This document shows positions 53,452 to 64,000 of a stretch of 64,000 nt of DNA, piece by piece; the first letter of the stretch is position 1, and each line of letters begins with the position of its first letter. The position numbers and the translations under genes were made by a program. Under the pieces are notes generated by a model. It was not told the DNA's origin, ran no database searches, and saw only the letters and a program-made list of their open reading frames with translations. The stretch comes from the human T2T-CHM13v2.0 reference genome, Homo sapiens: the NCBI RefSeq assembly GCF_009914755.1, contig NC_060928.1. One strand, written 5' to 3'.

Positions 53452-53981
53452 CAGGGGTCCCCAACCCCCAGGCTATCGGTCCATGGCCTGTTAGGAACTG
53501 GGTTGCGCATCAGGAGGTGAGTGAAGGGTGAGCGAGGAAGCTTCCGTATTTACAGCTGCTCCTCATTGCTTGCATTACACCTGAGCTCCACCTCGAGTCA
53601 GATCAGCTACAGCATTAGATTCTCATAGGAGAGTGAACTCTGTTGTGATTTGTGCACACAAGGGCTCTAAGTTGCATGCTCCTTATGAGAACTGAATGCC
53701 TGATAATCTGTCACTGTCTCCCAGCACCCCAAGATGAGACCATCTAGTTGCAGGAAAGCAAGCTCAGGGATCCCACAGATTCTGCACTATGGTGAGTTGT
53801 ATAATTATTTTATTATATATTACAATGTAATGATAATAGAAATAAAGTGCACAATAAATGTAATCTGCTTGAATCACCCCAAATCACCCCCCCACTGCCC
53901 CCCCTCTCCCCCCACCCGGTCCCTGGAAAAATTGTCTTCCATGAATCCTGTCCCTGGTGCCAAAAAGGTTGAGGACCACTG
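53452..53981 (+). mobile_element. MER1A (hAT-Charlie) full-length nonautonomous DNA transposon with 8-bp TSD atRtacag
   Basis: Terminal inverted repeats caggggtccccaacc / ggttgaggaccactg; atatacag 53444-53451 and atgtacag 53982-53989. Confidence 0.93.
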
Positions 53982-55289
53982 ATGTACAGTATTGTTGCAA
54001 TTGGTCTTTTGTCCTAAATTTTCATCCTTGCTTATTTCTCATATATATTACAATAAAAATGTCTATAGGAACTATTTTACCTGCTAAATTTTAATACCAT
54101 CTTTCAGCCAGTAAAATATATTTCTCATGGGTATAAAATTTTCATGAGCTTTTACTCTCTTTAATTCTTTTAAAGTTTTTTTTCAATTTGTCAAAACAGA
54201 CTATTAGTGTTAACCAAGTTAAATTAAATTTAAATTAATCCAGACGGCTTCACACATGAATATATTCATATGCAAAACATATCATAGTCAAATCAAATAG
54301 AGAAGCTAATATCAGAAGTTTTTAGAGAAAGGTAATCACATCAAGTGCAACTTAACCTAATTGAGGCTGATTTTTAAGTGACTTTTATTTCAAAGGTAGA
54401 TTTAATCTTCTAATGACAGCTTTTTTCTATCTTAAATTCAGAGCCCTTTGAATCTTTTTCCTTTTCCTTTTTTTTCCCCTTTCATCTTGTTATTTTAATC
54501 CATGGGGTGAATAAATTTCTGTCTAACAAAATTTCATTATCTCCTGCTTTGATTAAGGATCATTACAATTTGTAGATTTTTTTTTTTATCTCTTTGAAAG
54601 AATTTTACCCTCTATTGGTTTAATAAAATGCCAATATATGTTACAGGAGGAAAACTATAGTAAGGCAATTAGAACATGTTCTACTGTAGAGAAGAAATAA
54701 TGTTAGTTTACTTATTTTTAAATCATATATGAGAAATTTCTAAGGGGAGAGAGTGCTCAGAATCTTTTAATAATTCTTGAAGATTCAATAGCAGACATTT
54801 TGATTACATTTAACAAGTATTTTATTTAACAATTTTTATTGAATGGCTGAGTGTGCACCATTGAGGATATGTCCCACAGGGCACCTGTTCTGATGTTAAC
54901 ACACTAAAAATATAAAATAAAATAAAATAAAATAAATTACAGTTAAGTGCTGCTGTAACTATTGGGACAGTAGTCCATACTACTTGAAGTGAATATGAAA
55001 TATGTATTTAAAGAATCAGTGAATGAACTTTTGAGAAATTTATGTCTAAGGCAGTTTCTTTAATATTAATAGGATTTATGTTGATAATATGTGAGGGTGT
55101 TGGGCCCAAAGAAATATTAATTGGTTATATCATAGTTCCTTCCATGATAATAATACTTCATTTTTATTAGCCATCATAGTTTTATTTTCTGTAACTTTTT
55201 TATTCATATATTCTACTCAATTTCTTTTTATTTCTCTTGCCTATTCCAAATTGTTTTGCTAATGTTGTTAATGTACACATATTATATAT

Positions 55290-55540
55290 TGGTGAAAAGT
55301 GAGAGTCCGGACTTTCAGAGCCACTACCTGCATCTGAATCTCAGCTCTGCCCCATGCAATCACTGTGACCTTGGACAAATTCCTTAACATCTCCATGCTT
55401 AAGTTTCATCTGTAATATAGGATAAATAATGACATCAATTACACAGGAGAGATATAATGATAAAATGAATTGCTAGATGTAGAGTACATAAAACAAGCTT
55501 GCACATAGTAAGCTCTTTATAAGTGCTATTATACCATTAT
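55290..55540 (+). mobile_element. MIR, near full length
   Basis: gaatctcagctctgcc...ctgtgaccttggacaaattccttaacatctc...gtttcatctgtaa...gcacatagtaagc. Confidence 0.85.
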
Positions 55541-55689
55541 ATATTAGATATTAATTTTAGCATAAATCTATCATTAACAGCTGTCCAAAAACTATCAAGG
55601 ATCGTTTGTATATTTCAGTAACTCCCTAATTGTGAATCTCATTTTCCCAAATTGAAAATATTTTCTAGTGGAAAATATTTTGAGAAATG

Positions 55690-56900
<1,211 letters not shown>

Positions 56901-57134
56901 TGCTTATTCATTCTGTGGATATTTATAGCCAACTACTTGAAAGCCACTAGTACAAATATTATGCTATAGAAATAAAAAAATAGATAAATCCTCTGTCTTC
57001 AAAGATATTGCATTCTATAGGCAGGGGGTAGGGATAAATCGAAAATTAACATCTCTGCTGATAGGAAAAGAAAACTGAAGCGAGGCTAAATAAACTGGAT
57101 AATGATGGGGTAATGTTTTACTGAAGATGTCTGG

Positions 57135-57560
57135 AGAATGCCCACACCTCCCTCCGAAAGCACACACCAAGTTGGGATTACATGAGTAAGGGACTTATTG
57201 GGGGAAATACCTGTGAAGGATAAAGAGGCACAGTCCGAGAAGGTGGAGAGAGCTTTGAGACCACCTATGAAGGACAGGGCCAAGTTAGAAAATTGAACAG
57301 GTAGAATCTTACACTGCAATGCAATTCTTTAAAATTTTCATACAGGCAGACAGGAAGTCCCTGAGCCAAAGTCACCTGTTTAAGGAGTTTTTTTCTTCTT
57401 CAGGAGTGGACCAGCCTTTCAACCCCCACCATCATCAGTCATTGCCTCAGAGCAGTCCACAGGAAACATAACCTTGACCCAAATAAGGTAATGGAACCAG
57501 TAGGGATCATCAATTACACTTCCCAGCGCAGAAAATCTGAGCAGAACATTTTCATGTCCC
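57135..57560 (-). mobile_element. ERVL LTR (LTR16C-like)
   Basis: ttattgggggaaatacctgtgaaggataaag, gtccctgagccaaagtcacctg, tcagtcattg. Confidence 0.6.
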
Positions 57561-57574
57561 TTTGATAAGATGGA

Positions 57575-58150
57575 GCAGAAAGCTGAAGGGAGTTAGGGAT
57601 GAAGCCACACAGCAAATTGAGGGAAGAACATTCTATATAGAGGAAACTGTGAGCACAATGTTGCTGAGAAGGAAGGAAATATGTCTGGCATATTATGTGT
57701 ATCTATAGCCTAGTAAGCAGAAGGTAAGGCATAAAAAAATAAGCTGGAGGGGTAGCAGGATCAGTATTATGTAGGTGAAGTAAAAGGGGGAATGACTGTA
57801 AAGGATTTGATTTTTAATGAAGATGGAAAAACTTTGTAGATCGTTAAGAGTAAGAATGATGTTTGAAATTATCTGAATTATGTTTGGTCATTCTTGCTGT
57901 CATGTAAAACATAGTCTATATAGAGACATGGTTTTAAAAAAAATAGATAGGATTATATTGCAATATTCCAAGGGCGAGATAATTATGTTTGTTTGTTTTT
58001 GATGAGGGTGTCTGCCATAAAGACAATGAGAAATGGTCAGATTCTGCATATGTTTTTAACGCAGATCTGACAGGGGATGCTAGAGAAAAAAAAGAGTGAA
58101 GGATGCATTCAAATTCAGGGATTGAGTAGGAGGGTGTCAGATGAAAAATT
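57575..58150 (-). mobile_element. L2 fragment
   Basis: gggaagaacattcta-atagaggaaac, ctgtaaaggatttgattt, atgagaaatggtcagattctgcatatgtttt. Confidence 0.65.
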
Positions 58151-59174
58151 TCAGTGAGGGCTTTGGGAGGATTCAGGTAATTCCAAGTTCCCTGAGCTCT
58201 CATATCTTACTAAGTCACTCCATGAAATAGAAATAGCCTCTCCTTATTGTCTGGTGAGTCTTAATTATATATTCCTGTTCCTGGCTTGTTTATAGAATCT
58301 GCAATAGTCTCACCTATGAAATTGACAAAGACAAGATAGATACCTTGTACAACAAAATTAGATTTATATGGGAGGGAATTCAAGGAAGCGTGAATGATGG
58401 AGCAGGTAGAGTGAGCTAGGGAGGGAAGCAAAGATTATTTTAAAAGACAGATCACTGAGGTCACTGCTGTGAACAATGTGGATGTGGTTCCACCAGATTT
58501 TAAGATATGTACAGAATGCCTCCCAGAACTGCCCATTTCAATGGTAGGGGGCTAGACAATTTATGCGCAAGCTTCCATTATTTATTGTTGGAGTAAGGAA
58601 GAATAAAAATAGTAGAAGTTGAAGTGAGAGAGGTAAAAAGAAGAGGAAAGATGACAAAGAGCCTCCTAGGTCACTGTAAGGACTTTAATCTTTATTCTAT
58701 GTAAAATTAAAAAAACACAGAATTTTAATTAGAAGAGTAATATTTTTAAAAAGGATGATTCTAGCTGCTCTATCATTGTAGTGGTTCAAGGAGAACATTT
58801 TTTCACGTATTTTTGTTTCTCAGATTTCTACCAACCATTGTGTTTGTGAATTACTGCCTTTTAATGTTCAAAAAAAATAAGTAATGAATGACTATAATTT
58901 CAAAGCATATTCATTTTCTTTACTAAAAAAAGTGTACTGTATATCATTTTTGTAAATTTTTAAAACTATAAAACAATATTTTGTATTTGTAAAAGCTTAA
59001 ATATGTAATGTGGGTGGAAGTAATTCAAAGCAAATTCTTGATAGTGGTTACTTCTTGGTAGAGAAGAAAAAAGGATTCTTGCGTTAGATTAATTTGTCGT
59101 GTTTTGTTTCTTTTGCAGAAAAAATTTTGGAAGAAAACATAGCCAAATGTTGGCATTGAAACACAGGGTAGTGC

Positions 59175-60580
59175 TGAATTAGTTAGCTTTTGCTGATTAA
59201 CAAACCACTCCAAAACATCTTTGCTCAAAACATACCATTTTTAAGGTCTTGATATTGTAGATGAAAATATGGGCTCAGTTTGATTGGTTCCACTGTTAAG
59301 GTTCTCCTGAGGTTACTCGTGCCTGCAGTCCACTAGTTCACTGCCAGGTTTTCATGAGGCTGATTACTGTGGGAAGGCCACATCTTGGGCAATCTTTTCT
59401 TGCAGGAGCCTAGACCAGGTTGTTCACAAAGTGGAAGGAGGACTTCAAAAGCCACAAAGTGTAAATCTCCATACACAAGCACTTTTTAAGCCCCTGCTTA
59501 CATAAGACTACCTAACTTTGGCCAAAGCAAGTCATATGGCTAATCCAGGTTCAAGAGGTGGATAAATAGATTCGATCTGTTAATGAAAGGACTTCAAGTA
59601 TTGAGATCCTAATACTCCTGGTCACAATTGTTCACATTTCTCCTCCAAAAAAATATGTGCTTACTTCCACCTCAGAACCCTCAAAAATCTTTCTGAATTA
59701 CACTATCAAACTTGAAGTGTAGGATCCCATGGTCTATATCAATCTGTGTGCAGATGATGTTTCTCTGGTGACTCCTATGAGTAAGGCAAGTTATCTGTAT
59801 TTATCCCCCTACAAACACACACTCCTAACATACAGTGGTGAGAGAGGAACAACATAACTGCAGAGGAAGTAAGTGAGAGACACAAAGCAGTCATTGGTTC
59901 ATTGCTATAATGAAATTCTCCTAGACAAATGCTGCCAGGATCTCTTCCCTGGGGATAAGGTCTAGTTATCTTCCTGGAAGTGGTTTCCAGCTCACTATTC
60001 TCTACTGTATAATTACAGTGACTCCCTCATCCATCCTCTTGTCTTCTCAGATCTTAACTTTATCCTCTAGACTCCAGGCTCCTCCTCTGAGATGTTCTCA
60101 CTTTTCTGCAACAAAAGCTGAGTCTATTTCTCAATCTGTTTGCTGTCCATAGAAAATGGAAGGTTCAGAGGCTTTTATTCAATTTTCTCAGTCTCTTTAT
60201 TGCAAGCTGGGTCCCATTTACTTATATAACTCTTTTAAAAAGTTTTTGTGGGCTTTCTATGTATCAGATAATAGACCACTTCATTTGATAAAAAGCCACA
60301 TTCTTTGTTTTCCAGACAAGCTTTCTATATTTTGGACAAGTAAGGCCACTTAAATCCTTTAGAGGTCTTAACAAAGGGTCTTAAGACTACACCCTTGGTT
60401 TGATCTGAAGCCATAACCTCAATTTTATAATCATGAACCTAATGCTAAGTTTTTTTTGGCAGTGCTTTCGGTTTCATTTTCTAACTTTTATATATTTTAA
60501 GAATTTTATCTTCACTGAAGCAAAATGGTTTCATTTTCTAGCTCATCAAATTCCCTTAGCATTTTCTTGTATGTTAAATA
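59175..60580 (-). mobile_element. MLT1H-like LTR (59175-59610) plus adjacent MaLR internal sequence
   Basis: attagttagcttttgctg-ttaacaaaccactccaaaac, ttggccaaagcaagtcatatggctaatccag; then ctggtcacaattgttcacatttctcc, acatacagtggtgaga typical of MLT1-int. Confidence 0.65.
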
Positions 60581-60790
60581 CTCTATTTCTCCTTCATTTA
60601 TGAAGTTTACTTTGGAAAGATATAAAAATTTTGGCTGGCATTTTTCTTTTCTTTAAGAAGCCCGAAAATAGGTCTTTAATATATTCTGGCTCATAAAGTT
60701 TCTGCTGAGAAGTCTGCTGTTAGTCTGATGGAATTTCCTTTATAGGTGACTTGACTCCTCTCTTTCTGATTTTAAGATCTTTTTTGTTCT

Positions 60791-60927
60791 GGCTGTAGTG
60801 ACTCACATCTGTAATCCCAATACTTTTGGAGGTTGAAGCAGGAGTATCGCTTGAGCTCAGGAGTTCAAGACCAGCCTGGGCAACATAGTGAAATTGCATC
60901 TCTGTAATTAAAAAAAAAATAGCCAGG
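60791..60927 (+). mobile_element. AluJ left monomer plus linker, right arm lost
   Basis: gactcacatctgtaatccca...cttgagctcaggagttcaagaccagcctgggcaacatagtg...aaaaatagccagg. Confidence 0.88.
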
Positions 60928-61130
60928 TTCAAGCAATCTTTTCTTTAGCATCCTGACTAGCTTGGACTACAGGAATTCCACTGGGCCCAGCTAATTTTTA
61001 AAATATTTTTGTAGAGATGAGATCTCAATATCTTGCCCAGGCTAGTTTCAAAATCCTAGACTCAAACAATCCTTCTGCCTCGGCCTCCCAAAGTGCTACA
61101 ATTACAGGCATGAGCCACCATGCCCAACTT
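60926..61130 (-). mobile_element. AluJ lacking its 3' part, inverted relative to and abutting the previous Alu
   Basis: ggttcaagcaatc...ggactacagg...cccagctaattttt...ttgtagagatg...gcctcggcctcccaaagtgct...gagccaccatgccca. Confidence 0.9.
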
Positions 61131-62019
61131 AGTCTCTATTTAAAGTTTTCAACTGTATTTTCAAATTCCTTCAGTATTTTTTTATTTCTAGACATTCTAT
61201 TTGATTTTTTAAAATACACAAGCATACACAAACACATATACATATGTGTGTATGTATAAAATCTGTCTCATCTTTCATATCCTGAATTGTTTTTCTGATT
61301 TCTATGTGTTGGTTTTTAACTTTCTCTTGGATCTCTACTAGCCTCCTTACAATTCATATTTTTAATTATTTATCTCTCATTTCAGAGTTTTCATTTTGGT
61401 TATCATGCGTTGCTATTCTATAGCAACAGTGTCATCCTTTAGGGTTGCTGAAACACTCTGTCTTATTGTACAACTGGAGTTCTTACTCTGAGTCCTTCTC
61501 ATCTGGAGATGCTGTCACTTCTTATTTTTGAATTTGTTTTTATTTGGATGAGATTTTAAATTTTTCTACTATTTTCTCCCTTGAGGGTGTGACTGTAATG
61601 TATGTTATTTATGATAGTTTGTCTTTGTTTGTGGGTGTTTTCAGAAGGTCAATGCTCTGTATGAGTTCCTTGGTTTTAGGTAACTTTTGAATGGGGCTTC
61701 TCGAATGCTGATTGTTGTGGCAATATACTGGGCATGTGACCTGAGTCACTATCTTCTGCCAGAGATGGAAGGGTGGAGGTCTCAGGAAGCTTATCTGGCA
61801 GTAGGGTGTTTTGTTTGGTTTTGCAGTCTAGTAGGAAGCACTTAGAAGTAAGAGTAAAATCATCCCCAGATACCCTGATGATGAGCAGAAGCATGGCCCT
61901 GACAGTGTACCTTGGAGAGCTTGTGGTGGAATGCAGTAAGGTCTCCATGGCAGTGAGTGGGGAAAGGGCTGCACCAGCTCCTCATCCTGAGTGAGCAGGA
62001 ATGCAATCTGCTTTCTTAT

Positions 62020-62104
62020 TGTGTCCAGAATTGTTTCCTTCCGGTGGGTTCTTGGTCTCGCTGACTTCAACAATGAAGCCGCAGACCCTGGCGGTGAGTG
62101 TTAT
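62020..62104 (-). mobile_element. LTR12-family (ERV9) LTR 3'-terminal remnant
   Basis: tgtgtccagaattg...ggtgggttcttggtctcgctgacttcaacaatgaagccgcagaccctggcggtgagtgtta is the antisense LTR12 U5 end. Confidence 0.85.
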
Positions 62105-62512
62105 ACCTCCTTTCAATATTGCGGGGCATCTGGCCTTCAGTTTAGTTAAACACTGTCCCTATCTGCAGGTTGCAAAGAAACTGAGGTCCTCAGAAAATGC
62201 CCATCCCAAGGCGACCACCAATGTGACTTCAGGGCATAACCTCTTCCTTCAGCCCAAAACAAACATCTCTATGGCTTGTCCACACTCCCCTGCATGAACA
62301 TGGCTGTTCTGTACAGGGAGTGGAGATTAACCCCACCCTTCGTGCAAGCCCATAGCCCAGGGATTTGTAGAATTTAAGATTATTATTACTATATTTCTAG
62401 TGGCTTAAAGAACTACAGTAGTGAACTTTTTTTTTCTAAAGTCTTCCCTCTTTTTCCTTCAGCATACACCTTGGTTACCATCTAGTTTAAAGTCCTCCTC
62501 CTACAAAACTTC

Positions 62513-63001
62513 TGCCAACTAGGAAAGAAATTTTGAAAAGCTTTTAAAGAATTAAAGTTGGTTTTATTCAGAAGACTTACTGAGGAGTACAGACCAAGTC
62601 CTATAGCCCAGGAGCACTTCTATAAGACTACTCCAGCACAGTATTTCAGCCCACTCTTCATATACAGGTGGTGGGGGCTCAGCATGTGTAAAATCACATC
62701 ACACTTGCTCAGAAGTTACACTGAAGCAGAAGTACGTCAAAGTATAGGTGTACGAATACATCTGGCTATGCATTATAGAAGCATAACCAATCCCGTCAGA
62801 CATCTTATGTGTAGGAAAAGACAATGACATGGGTCAATTATCTTCAAATGAATAGAGAGACTCAGGGAAAAGATGTGAGGAATCATGTGCTCTATTCTGT
62901 TTTGTCTTCAAAGTTCTGGAGAGCTGCACATTGTCATGGAGTCAGGGGTACAAGCAGAAAAGAGCAAACATGGCTTCTTACATTTCCTACTTTGCCTCAC
63001 A
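62513..63001 (-). mobile_element. ERV1 solo LTR (MER67-like) with 4-bp TSD CTTC
   Basis: rc begins tgtgaggcaaagtaggaaatgtaagaaagccatgtttgctc...gtgcagctctcc...tttgaagacaaaacag; AATAAA on the minus strand; cttc at 62509-62512 and 63002-63005. Confidence 0.75.
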
Positions 63002-63328
63002 CTTCAAAAACTGGAAAACCATTAAAATCCAAAGATTTTTCTCAAAAAATGTTTGTTTAAAATGAAAATATGTGCTTTTAGTAATTTGGAATGTTATAGT
63101 TGCTTGCCTGTGGCTCTGTTTTCAGGAAATATAAAATTACAAAAAAAAAAGGTGTATTTTTTTTTACCTAATGATAGTTTTCTGAAGCTGAAACCCTAGC
63201 TTTGTGCACAATATAGACTTGAGGCAGTTATTTAACAAAACAATCAAACCAAAATGAATTTTTTTCTTCTGTTAGCATTCAGTGTCCTCTGAGGAACATG
63301 TCTTTTTGCCTTTGGATAAAACCAAGTG

Positions 63329-63633
63329 GGCTGGGCACAGTAGCTCATACCTGCAATTTCAGCACTTTGGGAGGCCAAGACAGGCAGATCACCTGAGGTC
63401 AGGAGTTAAAGACCAGCCTGACCAACATAGTGAAACCCTGTCTCTACTAAAAATACAAAAATTAGCCAGGTGTGGTGGTGCACACCTGTAATCCCAGCTA
63501 TTCAGGAGGCTGAGGCAGGAGAATCGCTTGAACCTGGGAGGCTGCAGTGAGCCAAGATCGCACCACTGCACTACAGCCCAGGTGACAGAGCGAGACTTTG
63601 TCTAAAAAATAAAAAATAAAATAAAATAAAAAA
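63329..63633 (+). mobile_element. AluS (AluSx-like) with (TAAAA)n tail
   Basis: Dimeric Alu; degenerate TSD aMcaagtg on both sides. Confidence 0.96.
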
Positions 63634-64000
63634 TAACAAGTGGAATTACTAGGTTCTTCATGTTTCCAAGCTAAAGAACACACATGTGTTGTAACTAGGC
63701 CAATTATAGCACTACACTAAAGCAAAATGTTTTTGTCTCAAAAAAGCCAAAGTCATAATTTTAGTTAATAACAAGTACAATATAAAAAAACAAAAACATT
63801 TAGTTGTCAAAGCAAGCTTGTAAAAAATTGCACCTGAATAGCCCTTAGGTATAACTATTAACTGGTCTTTTCTAAACACTTCATTTTTTTTCTGATAATC
63901 TCAGAATTGCCATCAATAACAGGAGACCTATGCTCTAATAAAATTATGGTTGGTATTTAGTGTATTCCATCAACAATTAATGAACTGGAAAGTATAAACC

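Larger units (their letters stand above)
60585..62370 (-). mobile_element. Old L1M (L1MA/L1M2-type) ORF1 plus 5'UTR fragment, interrupted by Alus and an LTR12 remnant
   Basis: gtttctgctgagaagtctgctgttagtctgatgg; ORF 60720..60932 ends KSPIKEIPSD in the ORF1 region; GC-richer 5'UTR 61.7-62.35 kb. Confidence 0.8.

Overview
AT-rich, gene-poor primate genomic DNA, most likely human given the AluY copies and an L1HS/L1PA2-type ORF2. I find no intact host protein-coding gene, RNA gene or CpG island; nearly all listed ORFs are broken LINE-1/Alu/LTR/MER translations or chance frames. The window is a layered transposon record: three long old L1s (~12.4-19.6 kb -, ~31.5-38.0 kb -, ~39.2-43.2 kb +), older L1M, L2, MIR and L3 fragments, nine Alu copies or pieces, many MaLR/ERVL/ERV1 solo LTRs, DNA transposons (Tigger3, MER1A, MER5, MER53) and microsatellites. 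The only host-gene-derived sequence is a heavily decayed processed pseudogene of RPSA (40S ribosomal protein uS2/laminin receptor) at ~2.6-3.6 kb, which the ORF track misses. I see no convincing novel biological system. The best second-look items are mechanistic footprints: a probable 5'-inverted young L1 at the window edge, a ~32-bp L1 tail with perfect target-site duplication (TSD), a twin-primed old L1, a composite L1 with a duplicated ORF2 segment, a fused inverted Alu pair and an ~85-bp LTR12 remnant. Subfamily names come from recalled consensus sequences, not from an alignment, and boundaries of old elements are approximate.
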